Positions 20,228 through 33,893 of a stretch of DNA of 64,000 bases are shown here, in pieces. Below the pieces are notes generated by a model. The model did no database searches. It had not been told where the DNA came from and saw only the letters and a program-made list of their open reading frames with translations. Made by a program: the position numbers and the translations under genes. Source of the stretch: Dictyostelium discoideum. Taxonomy: Eukaryota. The stretch spans positions 2,400,001 through 2,464,000 of the forward strand of contig CM000150.2 of NCBI GenBank assembly GCA_000004695.1, read 5' to 3'. Each line of letters starts with the position of its first letter. The first letter of the stretch is position 1.

Positions 20228-23200
20228 TATAATGGAATTGGGTTTGGAGTGTTCGGGTTATGCCATGATGTGTTGAAGTTGATTATTAATTGGTCTCTGT
20301 TATTTAATTTGTATATTGTTTCACTCCTTTCGATCTTCTTTATTAAAATGAATTTCTCTATTTTAATTAAGTTGGTTAGTTCTTTTTCAATTAATGTTGG
20401 ATCAAATGAGGGTGGAGTTTTAGATTCGTCTTGATTGAATAGTTTGTGACAAATTATTCTCCATAGTTGATGTATAATTATGCCGATTAAATTTGGGTAG
20501 ATTCTTTCTTTTTTATTTGTTTTGCTAATATCTAGTGAATTGAGATCCCAATTTCTGATCTTGAAGAATGAGAGATTGTTGAATGTTGAAATTATTATGT
20601 TTTCTATTTCTTTTACTTGCATACAGTCTATAAAAAGGTGAGTGTATGGGTCACGGATTATATTGTTACAGATTTTGCATGGTACGTTACGTTCATAGTT
20701 GATTCCAGGAAGTGACCTTGAGAAAAATCTGAATAGTGTATTTCTACCTTTTTGATGTGATATGTGGTTGATATGTTGGAAGATGGATGGTATGTTGATG
20801 TTATTTATTGAAATTAGATTTTTTTGTCCATCTGTTTTTCTTATTGATTTGTATTTGTGAGTGATTAACATGTTATAGATTTCTTTAAGTTGAAGTGGCT
20901 TTTTGTTTTGACCTTTGATACAATCAGGTAGTGATTTTAGTTTATTGTGTTGTGGTGCAAAGTTGTTTCTAAAATCTTTCCATCTGTCTACCATCTCTCT
21001 TAATCCAATTGATATATATTTGCTGTTGCTGATTTGTTCCATATACCATTCTTGTAGTATGTTGCATGCTTTTATCTTGATAATGTGTAATAATCTATTC
21101 ATGTTCCAAACTTTGAATGCTACTTGTCTGATACCTAAGTCCCACATCTTAATTCCACCTTCTTTCCAATCACCGTATGCTCTATCCATTGTCATTAATG
21201 TTCTATATTTATGTTCTTCTGTGTATGTATTTTTAATTGCGGAGAAGAGGAACCATTTAATGATATTGTTTAGTTCAGTAATGTGTGATTCATTTAGTGA
21301 GTCTAGATATTGATGGTAGGATAATCTCGATAGCGCATATGTTTTGACAATTGTCATCTTTGCTCTTATTGTAGTTGCTTGACTTTTCCAATTGTTTAAG
21401 CTATCTTTGATTGAGTTGATGATTGATGTGATTTTTGAATTGAGGCCCACTTTCGTGAAATTGAGACCCAAGTATCTTTCTGGAGCTTCACTAATCTTAA
21501 ATGGGAGGTTTGGTGGTATATTACCAATGCATATCATAACAGTTTTCTCTTGATTAAGTTTTGAAGATGTACCTAGACAGTAGTTGTTGATTTTGTCCAA
21601 TACTAATTTTAATTCTTCTGCTGAGTTGTTGAAAGTTGACATATCATCTGCGAATGCTGTTAGCTTGATTCTTTTCTGGTCTGATAATTTAAATCCTTTA
21701 ATTTCGATTTCTTTAAGTATATCAATTAGTAGTGCTTCCATTACAAGTGCAAATATTGTTGGTGATAATGGATCTCCTTGTTTTGTGCCTCTGTTAACTG
21801 TAATGTGTCCCACCAGGAAGTCATTTATCTTGATCTTATTCGTTGTTTCTTTTAATAGATTCATTATTAATTCTACTATCGTTTTTGGTATGCCAATGTG
21901 GCTCAATGTTCTTCTGATACTTTTGTGGCTAATTGAGTCGAAAGCTTTGTTGAAATCGAAGAATGTGATTAACGTAGTACTATTTCTTGATTTGTTTGCT
22001 CTTTCGATTACCTCCTTCATTATTTGAATATTATCTTGGATGTAACGATTTGGAACAAACCCATTTTGAAATTTGTTTATTATTTTCTTTGTAACTGCAA
22101 GTAAACGGTTGTTGATGATCTTACTTAATAGTTTGTAGTCCGTATTGAGTAGAGTAATTGGTCTTCTATTAGCTATTTGTAGTTCGTCTCCTTTCTTGAA
22201 TAGTGTTGTGATAAATCCTTCTTTGAAGTTGGGATTGATTTCTTTTTGATTAGTTAATGTATCATTAAATACTTTTGCTAAGATTGTTGAAAGTGATGCA
22301 GAGTGGTTTCTATATAATGCAGCATTGATTCCATCTAGTCCTGGAGATTTGTGTGGATTAGAATTTTTAATTGCATTATTGACTTCTTTTGGTGTGATTG
22401 CACTATCTAATGATAGTCTGGAAATGTATTGTTTGTCCACTATCCATTTATCCAATAGTTCCTTGTGTTTACTTTCATTATCTGGTTTTTCATCGTATTG
22501 TTCTTGATAGAATTCTAAGAAGCATTTGGCTATTTCAACTTTTTCTGATACAATTGTTCCATCTTTATTTTTAATTTGGAATATGGATCTGTCCTTTTTC
22601 CTTTTCTTTAGTTTACTTGTTAGATATCTACTTGGAGTTTCTTGGTTTAAGTGAAGTTTCAATTTGGTTTCCCATTGTTTATTTGCTTCTTCTTCTTTCA
22701 ATAACTCTTCCATTTCGTCTTCTAGTTGCTTTCTTTGACCAGGGTATAAATCTTCTCTTTCAATTAATCTATGTAACCTACTCTTCTTTTTGTTTTTTTC
22801 CTTTTTTATCAAGTTCTGTTGCTTTTTGAGATGGTGCCTGATTGTATAATTCTTAAAGTGGATCCAGTCATCTAGTGTGTTGATGTATTGTTTGTTGTTT
22901 TCTATGATTTGCGAGATTTCTTCATGAATTGTTGGATCAGCCAATGTTTCTTTGCATAATGTCCACGGGAGTTTTTCAATTTTGATGTTGTTGATGTTGA
23001 TATCGTTTGCGCTATTGTTATTCATTTTTAAATCTATTGAAATAGGTGTGTGGTCAGATTTGTTGTAAATATCTTCATGCACCCTTAGCGGGTTTGAACC
23101 CACCATTGTTGGTTTACAATAAATTCTGTCCAATCTGCTATTAGATCTTGAAAAAGTTGCGATATTGTTGTTTGCACCTATATCTTTCAGGTTGCTTTCT

Positions 23201-23676
23201 TCAATTATACTTCTGATACCAATACCATAGTGTGAATTGTTGTTGTGGTCTGCATTAAAGTCACCTGCAATGATGTCATGTTTGATTTTTTGATCTTTAA
23301 TGAGATTCTTTGCTGCTATAATGAATGCATTTCTTCTAGGTATTGATGCTGGGGCATAAATTAAAAGGATGTTGATGTTGATATACGAATTGAATTTAAC
23401 TGATAATATTCTACCTTCTGTATCTTTGAAATTTACTGTTAGATAGCCAGTGCTTAAATTTCTATTCTCTATTGATACACCAGTGCCTTTACCGTTTCCA
23501 TGATCTATCCTTTCATAGTTGAACATTGATTTATAATGATTGAATGTTGAACCGTTTGTTTCTGTAAGTAATGTGATTTGGGGACCTATTCTCTTGATCG
23601 TTTCTTCAGCTTTTTTATTTGAGAGAGGGCTTGAACTACCTCTGCAATTCCATAATAAAATTTTTAATTTTTCCAT
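20227..23676 (-). CDS. ORF2 (1149 aa) of the TRE3-type element: AP-endonuclease, reverse transcriptase, C-terminal CCHC zinc finger
   Basis: MEKLKILLWNCRGS...(APE: GDFNADHNN, SDHTPIS), HKSPGLDGINAALY, NRRPITLLNTDYKLLSK, FFDFNKAFDSISH, TKQGDPLSP, FADD, ...PCKICNNIIRDPYTHLFIDC. Single uninterrupted ORF. Confidence 0.8.
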
Positions 23677-23883
23677 CCTCTTGATAGGGTTGGGTTACCA
23701 TTTGGTGGTTGACCACCACTTGGTTTTGTTTGTGTAGTAATATTGTTTGTTGTATTTGAGTTGTTTAATTTATTTGTGATGATTGTTTTGTTGTTGTTGT
23801 TGACATTTTTGTCGTTGTTATTATTGCTGTTGTTATTATTATTGTTGTTGTTGTTGGAGTTATTGGAGTTATTGGAGTTATTG

Positions 23884-23945
<62 letters not shown>

Positions 23946-24404
23946 TTGTATTATATTTGTATTATTGTTAGGTTGATTGGTTGTTGTTTGTTTTTTGTTT
24001 TTCTTTTTAGCTTCCTCCCTATCTTCTCTACTAATAGATTCACAGAAGTATACTTTAATTTGATTGTTGTTGTTTTTATATGATTGAATTTGATTATTGA
24101 TTATATTTGTATTTGTTGATTTGTTGAATAGTATTATTGCTGAATATCTGTGCACATCATTCATAATTTTAACGTTGCATTCATCAACTTCCTCTGCTTC
24201 TACTCCCATGTTTGTTTGTACATCTTCTTTTGTTATTGCTTTTGTTATATTTTTTGTGAAGGTATGGAAGTGGAGGTAGTGGTGATTAGGAAAGTATGGG
24301 ATGAATCTTTGAATTCTATATATTCCATCCTCATCCTTTATTTGAAATGTGCAAAATGAATCGTGTAGATGTTTCAAATTTTCTTTTAGAATTCTACCCA
24401 ACAC
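23664..24404 (-). CDS. ORF1 (246 aa) of the TRE3-type element, with N-rich low-complexity C-terminal half
   Basis: MLGRILKENLKHLHDSFCTFQIKDEDGIYRIQRFIPYF.... It lies directly upstream of ORF2 and overlaps it in a different frame, as is typical of non-LTR elements. Confidence 0.5.
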
Positions 24405-24551
24405 TGTTATACCTTTTGATTTTCTAATTATTGTTTTATCTTTGAGGAGTGTATTGTCAATGAATTTGAGAGTATTACTATTTAATTCTGCTGTATTTGG
24501 GTAGTATAGTCTGATTTTATATGTTGAGTTATTTAGTAATTCTTCATTGAA

Positions 24552-24554
<3 letters not shown>

Positions 24555-24605
<51 letters not shown>

Positions 24606-24627
24606 TGTGATCAGACCTTCAAGGAAT
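24555..24627 (-). mobile_element. Nested, extremely 5'-truncated TRE3-type insertion (only the last 27 bp of the 3' module plus ~48 A), flanked by a 13-bp TSD, inside the 5' UTR of the full-length element
   Basis: T48 + ttacctgtgatcagaccttcaaggaat, which is the RC of ...attccttgaaggtctgatcacaggtaa + poly(A). TSD cttcattgaatac at 24542-24554 and 24628-24640. Confidence 0.55.
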
Positions 24628-24706
24628 CTTCATTGAATACAAATTTGTTACTGATGAGATTGAAAAAGTTATTGTTCATTTTTTTTTTTTTTTTTTTTAT
24701 TTTTTT

Positions 24707-24753
<47 letters not shown>

Positions 24754-24792
24754 TATTTTATTACGTGATAAAAAAAAGATAAAAAGATAGAT

Positions 24793-24873
24793 CGACACCT
24801 GCAGGGTTCGAACCTGCGCCTCCGAAGAGAACGCCTTAGCAGGGCGCCGCATTAACCACTTTGCTAAGGTGTC
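24793..24873 (-). tRNA. tRNA-Ser (anticodon GCU), second copy
   Basis: Exact reverse complement of the 14216-14296 gene. The 5' leader cccatttggttttcgat is conserved. Confidence 0.85.
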
Positions 24874-25240
24874 ATCGAAAACCAAATGGGTAATACACTT
24901 CATTTAACCAAATGTGTAAAGGAGATCGAAAAAAAACAAACAACAACAACAATCTCTTTTTTTGATTATTTCATTTTTCATATAAAAAAGACTTAAAAAA
25001 CAAATAAATAAATAAATAAACTATCTTAAAAAGCCATCTTTTTACTTTATTGTAATTTATTATTTGTTTCGTTTTGAGAATTTTGCGTAGCAAAATTTTC
25101 AAAAAAAAGCAAAAAATAATCAGATCGAAAAAAAACAAACAACAACAACAATCTCTTTTTTTGATTATTTCATTTTTCATATAAAAAAGACTTAAAAAAC
25201 AAATAAATAAATAAATAAACTATCTTAAAAAGCCATCTTT

Positions 25241-25771
25241 TTACTTTATTGGTGTATTGTATGGAGATGGTGGTTCAATAGGTTTTTCTGATTTTGTTTT
25301 AATTTCTTGATTTTTTATCGATTGGGTATTGATCTCATTCTCTATTCTTGTTAGTTCATCTACGTTTTCTAGTGATGCATCTATTACCTTTTGAGCTGTA
25401 TCATCTAGGGCCATAAATGTTTTATCATTAGATGAGGAGGTGATTGGTGGGATAATGATTGTTCTTTTTCCTTGTTTTGGTATTTGTTCTGATGTAGATT
25501 TTGGTTGTTGTTCATCTGATTGTTTTTTATTTTTGTTTTCTTCTTGATTTTCTGGTAATGAGGTTTGATCTCTCCATCCTTTGTTGGAGTGACCAATTAA
25601 TGTTAGATTGTCTAGTTCAATGATAGTATCATATTCTTCTACGACTCTTTTCACTGTTTTGATAATTAGAGTTTCGCCTTTAATTTCAGATTTAATTAGT
25701 TTACATCCTTCATTTTCTATTACCCATTCTATTTCTGTGAGTGATTTATACCAATCGAAATCCGTATACAT
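25241..25771 (-). pseudogene. Inverted 3' segment of TRE5-A-type ORF1 (…MYTDFDWYKSLTEIEWVIENEGCKLIKSEIKG…EPPSPYNTPIK*) inside the rearranged copy
   Basis: 94% identical to 2920-3470. The breakpoint at ~25800 runs into the plus-strand ORF2. Confidence 0.55.
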
Positions 25772-25799
25772 ATTTTTGGTCTTAGAGTGGTTATAAATT

Positions 25800-27457
25800 G
25801 TCCTTTTAAACTACCACTCAAAATGGTCCTCACAATAATGAACTTACTCAATGAATCAGAAACATCAGTGTACATCAATAACTCATTATCTAAAAGCTTT
25901 ACATCAAAAAGAGGAACCAAACAAGGTGATCCTATCTCTCCCACTATCTTCGCATTAGTGGTTGAATGCATGGCAACTACTATAATAAATGACCGCTGCA
26001 TCAATGGTGTAACCAAAGAAACCATTAAAATACTACAGTTCGCCGATGATACAGCAACAATAGCATACAACTTTATGGACCATTTCCTCATGAATGAATG
26101 GATCAAGAAGTTTTGCCAAGCAACCAGCGCAAAAATAAACCAAACCAAATGCTCGTGTATCACTTTCAAATGGAACACCAGAACGCTATACACCGTCATA
26201 AAATCAAACGAAAGGTACCTCGGCTTTGACTTCAACAATAAGGGTATCAAATCCAAAATCAATACAATCTCAGACAACATCAGAGCTAAACTAGTAACAT
26301 GGAACTCAACTTCATCAACCTATATGGGCAGACTCATAATGGCAAAAACATATGCACTATCTCAGTTAACGTTCCACACTTACATCAACACCACACCACA
26401 ACACAATAGTATTGAAAATAACATCGTAAAATTCGTTTTCAACACAAAATCTAAAAACTCTCTTTCACTACAAAGAAGACAAAACAACTATATCAATGGT
26501 GGCCTAAACTTATGGAACCTGAAGACAAGAGAACTAGCACAGAAAGCATGGTTATTCGAAAGATACCTCCACCAAAGAGTAAGTAACACTCCTAGTTCAT
26601 ATATAAAACTGTGGGAAGAGGAACTCAAAAACAACAACAACAACAAAACAACAACAAAACAAAATCAACTACAACTACACTGGCAATGCAAGCAAGCATG
26701 GACCCAATTAAAAACTCCACAAAATAAACAAACACATTACGAACACCTCCCAAAATTAAAAAAAATATACGAAGATATGATGACAACTCAATCTCCTGAA
26801 CACAACAAATTCATACCAACTCCTGGCCAAAAAGAAATAATGACCAAAATTAATAGCAAACACCTTCCATTTAAAGAAATCAAAAAAATAATAAACATGA
26901 AAGGTAGAGATCTATTATGGAGATACACACTGAAAGCACTACCAAAAATATACAACATGCCATGCCAACAGTGTGGGGAAGATGAGACCTCAGAACATAT
27001 ATTCTTCAACTGCAAAGCCCACATCAAAAACACACAAGAAATCTTCAACTACACCCTAACTAAGTGTGGACACACCACTCACACCTGGAATGTGAAGATT
27101 TTAAACCATCTACAAATTGCACTAGTAGCCAATTTAATAGCTATTATATTCGATAAAATCTGGCACAAAAGAAATAAACTCATTCACGATGAAAAAGAAA
27201 TAATAATTCACAGACAACAAGTCATACGTGAACTAATTAAAACACAAAGAGCTGCATGGGACAGGACACAAGCGGTTATAAACAAAACATTAAGAATCAA
27301 ATCAAAGCAACGGCCAGAAGAACAAAATAAATTAGACTCACTAATCTCGCTAAAGCTATTACAATTTAGCAGACAATGGAACTCACCTCTTCACGCAATA
27401 GAACTTCCTAAACATCTCAAAAAATACAATAATTCACTCAGTACTTTCTATAAATAA
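25800..27457 (+). CDS. TRE5-A-type ORF2, 3' part (RT C-terminal region and C-terminal domain with a Cys/His cluster)
   Basis: SKRGTKQGDPISPTIFALVVE, QFADDTATIA, ...NMPCQQCGEDETSEHIFFNCKAH. Same subfamily as 1-2819 and 13871-14176. Confidence 0.7.
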
Positions 27458-27516
<59 letters not shown>

Positions 27517-27968
27517 GGAACCCAAGTTAATCAGAAAATTTCCAGATTTTTAACTTTTTAAAGAAAAATATAAAAAATAGAAAGAAAATAAAATGAAAAT
27601 CACAAACAACACCACAAATATTAAGCAACACAAATGCCTACAAAAAATAAGCGAAATTGTGGATAAAACTCAATTAAAAAAAAAACAATTCAAATACGTC
27701 ATAAACATCAATCACGAACCAGACGATAAAATAAAAAAAGATTTAGAAAAAAGTTTGGACAAAAAAGATGTTTTAATCAAAAGTAATAATACAATTCAAA
27801 ATTCGAAACAAAAAAAAAAAAAAAAAAAAAAAAGTAAACTAACCCCTCTTTTAGAGACCCTGTAAAAAAAAAAAAAAAATAAAATAAAATGAGATCTAAC
27901 ATCTCAAGGAGAAGCAACTAATAATTGCGTTATCCAATTCAAAAAAAAAAAAAAAAAAAAAAAAAAAA

Positions 27969-28082
27969 CCAAATGTGTAATACACTTTGCTAAGGTGTCA
28001 TCGAAAACCAAATGGGTAATAAACTTTGCCAAGGTATCATCGAAAAATATTTGGTGATACACTTCGCTAAGGTGTCATTGAA
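27969..28082 (-). repeat. Three tandem ~39-bp tRNA-Ser leader/A-box units in reverse orientation, abutting the poly(A) end of the TRE5-A copy
   Basis: ccaaatgtgtaatacactttgctaaggtgtcatcgaaaaccaaatgggtaataaactttgccaaggtatcatcgaaaaatatttggtgatacacttcgctaaggtgtcattg is the RC of the unit seen at 13344-13461. Confidence 0.55.
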
Positions 28083-28474
28083 AAATAAACCACCACAAGA
28101 CTAATTTTTTAATTAATAATTTTTTTTTTAATTGTTTTATTGTTTTTTTTTTTTTTTTTTTTAAGACTGTGGCGCTGACTATAATAATTTTTGAACCTTT
28201 ATTGAAATATAATTAAAAAAATACAAAAAATAAAAATAATTAGTAAAGTGACTGTTTTTTTATTTTTATAAAAATATTTTATAATATAAGTTGTTTTCTT
28301 TATTTATTTGTTTATTTATTTATTTTAATTTTTTTTTATTTTAAAAAAAAAAAAGTTTAAAACTTTTAAAATTATTTAAACTTTAAGAATTATTGGAGTT
28401 ATTTGGAATATTATAAAACAAAAAAAAATTACAAAGGTGGGTGGATATGTGCAATTTATTATAAAAATTATTAT

Positions 28475-29089
28475 TTAGATTTGTGATTTTAATTTTTCTA
28501 TTATTTTTAAAGATTCATCGATATGAGAAGTTGAGCTGAGTAAACCATCATGAATACCTGCTATAATACCATGTTTATCGATTATAAATGTTTTTCTACC
28601 TGGTAATAATATACCGTTGACACCATATAATTTGGCTAATTTACTATGTTTATCTGTTAATAATGTGAATGGTAATGAATATTTTGAAACGAATGATTTA
28701 TGACTATCTTCGCCATCGCTACTGACTCCAATTACTTCTGCGCCTGCTTCTATAAACTTTTGATATTTATCTCTAAATTCGCAACTCTCTATATTGATAT
28801 ATGTATGTGTGTAGGTATGTATGTATGTATGTTGGTGATATTATTATATTTAAAAGGTTATTTATTATTAGTATATTAAAAAAAAAGAAAAAAAACATTT
28901 AAGTTTATTGTATTATGTAATAATATTAACTAACTTACCTTTTGTACATACTGGACTATTATCTTTTGGATAAAAATATAAAACGATTGGTTGACTCTTT
29001 TCTTTAAATTCTTTTAATGTAACTGTTTGACCTAAATAATTTTTAGCTTCAAAATCTGGTGCAATATTTCCAACTTTTAATTTTGTCAT
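28475..29089 (-). CDS. Peroxiredoxin of the BCP/PrxQ type, copy 3. Two exons: complement(join(28475..28788,28939..29089)).
   Basis: Reverse complement of copies 1 and 2, with the same exon lengths (151 and 314 nt) and a phase-1 intron (acttac..ctatat on the plus strand). The upstream promoter block is also conserved (29330-29400). Confidence 0.75.
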
Positions 29090-29714
29090 TCTTTTTTTTA
29101 TATATATATTTTTTATTTTTTTTTAAAAATGATTTTTTAATTTATGATTATTTATTACTGATTATTAATTTATGATTATTTATTAGTGATTATTAATTTA
29201 TGATTTCTATTTAATACTATTATTTGTTAATTTATATTTATTATATGTATAAATTAATTTATATTTGATTGGTTAATAAAAATTAAAATTATTAAAGAGT
29301 TTAAATATTAAAAATAAATTCTAAACATTGAAAATAAACCATCGTCGAAAAGAATGAAATTTATTCGATTTCATTTTAGAATGCGAAAGAAAGAAAGTCT
29401 GTGTGTATCGTCATATTAATTTTGGGACAGGGTGTGATCACGTTAATTCTTTGAAAATAATTATGGAAAAAAAAAAAAAAAAAATAAAAAAATAAAAATA
29501 AAAAAAATTTTGGCTTGGAACTCTTTTTTATTTTTTTAATACTTTTTTTATTTAATAATATTTTATTTTATTTTATTTTATTTTATCTTATTTTATTTAT
29601 TAATATTTTTTTTTTTTTTTTTTTTTTATTATTTTTATTATTAGAAATACATTAAGTATAATTATTATATTATTATATTATTATTATTATTATTTTTTAT
29701 TTTTTTTATTTTTT

Positions 29715-30311
29715 TTACACAATTTGAAGTTCTTTATTTTGATCTAATGAAGCAGTTTTACCATTTAATAATTTTAAAGAATCTATACCATAACCATATA
29801 AATAAAGTTCTAAATTTTTTTTACAGGATTCACTTGCTTCATTTATATCAAAAGCTTTTAAAATGAGATCAATTTTATTTAATTTTTTACCATCAATAAC
29901 AACGAAATCATTTGTAAAACCATCCAATAGAGTTGATAAAATATAATAACTAAAATAATTAGTATCCATTGATGGAAATTGAGGATTATTTGGAGTTCTT
30001 TCAATATGTGAAATTAATAATTGTTTTTGAGTGATTTCACTACCATCAATTGGTGATTGAAATGAATCTTGATTTAATTCATTCAAAATTAAATAAGTTA
30101 CCAAATATGCATTTGAAAGTTTATTACAAATAACACCATGAGTTTGCATTAATCTTTTTGCAATATCAATTTTATCCAATGTATCACCAAGTAATTCAAC
30201 TTTTTCATTATTACGCATTGCAGATACTAATTTAAATAATGAATCTTCAACAACATATTTATTTTCATTTTTTTCAATAATTTTAATTAATTTCTCTAAA
30301 AAATTAAATAA
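29715..30311 (-). CDS. Hypothetical protein, paralog of the downstream gene. The frame is open upstream of the track start (30218) and the 5' end or first intron is unresolved.
   Basis: ...KYVVEDSLFKLVSAMRNNEKVELLGDTLDKIDIAKRLMQTH...IDGKKLNKIDLILKAFDINEASESCKKNLELYLYGYGIDSLKLLNGK aligns with 30403-31239 (..EYKVESILKGIEEYP...IKGKSLNKLDLVLLSLDK...IQNYMIAYGVQSISLLNGV). Confidence 0.4.
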   Translation of the reverse strand, partial: LFNFLEKLIKIIEKNENKYVVEDSLFKLVSAMRNNEKVELLGDTLDKIDIAKRLMQTHGVICNKLSNAYLVTYLILNELNQDSFQSPIDGSEITQKQLLISHIERTPNNPQFPSMDTNYFSYYILSTLLDGFTNDFVVIDGKKLNKIDLILKAFDINEASESCKKNLELYLYGYGIDSLKLLNGKTASLDQNKELQIV

Positions 30312-30402
30312 AAAAAAAAAAAAAATAAAAAAATAAAAAAAATTTAAAAATTAATTAATTAATTATTGTGTGAAAATTATTCAAGTTTGTACACTTTTCA
30401 AC

Positions 30403-31239
30403 TTATATATATATATATACATTACTTTTTGTTGAAATTGAAATCTTTTTTGGAACAAATAATTTTTTATTCATATTTTTTTTAAAATTAATTTCACCAA
30501 CACCATTTAAAAGTGAAATGGATTGAACACCATATGCAATCATATAATTTTGAATCATTTCTAGTGAGAATGTATTTGTATTATCTTTATCCAATGATAA
30601 TAAAACCAAATCTAATTTATTTAAAGATTTACCTTTGATATCAATAGTTTCATTTAGAAATCCTTTTAATAAATTACAAAGCTCATAATAATTATAAGAG
30701 ATGAATTCTAAATCTGCATTTGGTTGATTCTCTTGATACTCTATGGTTTTAATTAATAAATATTTTAAATCAACTTCTTTACCATCTAATAATTTAATTG
30801 AACTTTCTTTCATTTCCAATAATTTCGTATAAAGAAAATAATAATAAAATGCTGAATTTGGATATTCTTCAATTCCTTTTAAAATACTTTCAACTTTATA
30901 TTCTTCTTCTTGATTTTTACCAATATTAAAATTAATTTTATTATAATTTTTAAATTTTTTATTTGTTGAATTTGTTGAATTAATTGAATTAGTTGTTGTT
31001 GTTGTTGTTGTTGTTGTAGTTGTAGTTGTTGGATTTTTTGTTGAATAATTTAAACCATTATTATTATTATTATTATTATTTTGATTTTTATTATTTTGAT
31101 AATTTTGATTATATTTATTCCATTGGCAATAATATTTATTATTAATATTATTTAAAATATTCGAATTTTTATTTGATGAAACCAATGTTGATCTATTTAA
31201 AAACTTTAAAGTTTTATTTGATACTATTGATTTAATCAT
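30403..31239 (-). CDS. Hypothetical protein (278 aa) with an N/T-rich N-terminal region, tandem paralog of 29715-30311
   Basis: Single ORF. Homology to its neighbour over ~150 aa. No domain recognised by eye. Confidence 0.45.
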   Translation of the reverse strand: MIKSIVSNKTLKFLNRSTLVSSNKNSNILNNINNKYYCQWNKYNQNYQNNKNQNNNNNNNNGLNYSTKNPTTTTTTTTTTTTTNSINSTNSTNKKFKNYNKINFNIGKNQEEEYKVESILKGIEEYPNSAFYYYFLYTKLLEMKESSIKLLDGKEVDLKYLLIKTIEYQENQPNADLEFISYNYYELCNLLKGFLNETIDIKGKSLNKLDLVLLSLDKDNTNTFSLEMIQNYMIAYGVQSISLLNGVGEINFKKNMNKKLFVPKKISISTKSNVYIYI

Positions 31240-31262
31240 TTTTCAATGAGAAAGAGATTTGT

Positions 31263-31300
<38 letters not shown>

Positions 31301-31764
31301 AAATTAAAAAAAAAAAAAATTATTAAAAAAAAAATAAAAAAAAAAAAAATGAAATTAAAAAAAAAAAAAAATATCTCAAGCAAAACAAAAAATTTGAACA
31401 TCAAAACAAAACTTTTTAAATTAAAATTTTTTAATTAAAAATAATCTAAAAATTATAAAAAAAAAATAAAATAATTAAAAAAATAAATAATTATTATTAT
31501 TAATTATTTATTTTTTTAATTATTTTATTTTTTTTTATAATTTTTAGATTATACAAAGTGATGAAGAGGTCAAGTATAGAGAATATGCAACCTCTGCCAC
31601 TCTTACTACCAATACATCAAATAAACAACCAATTCAACCCAATAATAATAATAATAAATAATAATAATAATTTTAATTATTTTTTTTTTTTATTTTTAAA
31701 AAGCTCTTTTTTATTATTTTTTTTTTTATTTTTAGAATAATTATAAAATTTTTTTTCAAATTAT

Positions 31765-33282
<1,518 letters not shown>

Positions 33283-33848
33283 TTATACTTTTTGTGAAAT
33301 AAATTTAACAAAAAAAAAAAAAAAAAAAAAAAAATTTTATTTTATATTGAAAAACGCGTTCGAAAAAAAAAAAAAAAAAAAAAAAAAATTAAAAAAAATT
33401 AAAAAAAATTAAAATTTTTAAATTCAAATCGAAAAACGTTGCCGGAAGTGAGAAAAAATTTTTAAAAATATAATTACGAAACAAAAATATCACATAAAAT
33501 TCATTAAAATATATCAACTTTTTTTTTTAAAAAATTATTAATAAAATCCTTTTTTTTATTTTTTTTTTATTTTTTTTTTTTTTTTTCAATCAGTCGGTTT
33601 TATATAATTTTTATCGTTTTAAAATTAAGTGTGAAGTTAAATAAAAATAAATAAATTTTTTTTTTTTTTTTTTTTTTTCAGCGTGGGGATAAAAATAGAT
33701 AATAAATAAAATAAAAAAAAAAAAATAAAATAAAAATAAAAAAATAAAAATAAAAAAATAAAAATAAAAATAAAAATAAAAATAAAAAATACAGTTTTAA
33801 TAAAAATAAAAATAAAAATAATTTAAACTTTTAGTTTTTTTAAATTTA

Positions 33849-33893
<45 letters not shown>

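Larger units (their letters stand above)
20063..24690 (-). mobile_element. Apparently full-length TRE3-type non-LTR retrotransposon of a second subfamily. It has a 5' UTR, ORF1, ORF2 (overlapping ORF1 by 13 nt), an internal A-run, a ~120-bp 3' module and oligo(A). Its 5' end is about 100 bp downstream of tRNA-Ser(-) in the same orientation.
   Basis: ORF1 23664-24404 and ORF2 20227-23676 on the minus strand. 3' end: ...aataaaaaaa(A)n caagtagtagtaatcataatataacc...ccgcttttaggta(A)13 at 20063-20226. The exact 5' boundary is uncertain because of homopolymer T-runs at 24672-24760. Confidence 0.6.
24915..27968 (+). mobile_element. Rearranged TRE5-A-type copy, 42 bp upstream of tRNA-Ser(-) and head-to-head. 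It runs: A-modules x1.6 (24915-25250), an inverted ORF1 3' segment (25241-25800, minus strand), the ORF2 3' two-thirds (25800-27457), A60, the B-module with the ORF1 start (27521-27800), an A-run, the C-module (27826-27939) and A29.
   Basis: Module order read from the sequence. The A-module/ORF1 junction shares a 19-bp inverted microhomology (ccatctttttactttattg). ORF2 stop at 27455-27457 (..LSTFYK*). Confidence 0.6.

Noticed and set aside
20150-20434. Plus-strand 94-aa ORF, and other plus-strand ORFs at 20915-21313, 21584-22027, 22325-22829 and 23540-23976
   Set aside because: All are antisense to the 1149-aa ORF2 and ORF1 of the full-length TRE3-type element, or lie in its poly-T/low-complexity 3' region.
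24697-24903. 68-aa minus-strand ORF
   Set aside because: Spans tRNA-Ser(-) plus poly-T (poly-K translation). Not a gene.
25729-26280. 183-aa minus-strand ORF
   Set aside because: Antisense to the TRE5-A ORF2 fragment on the plus strand. The retroelement RT motifs are on the plus strand.
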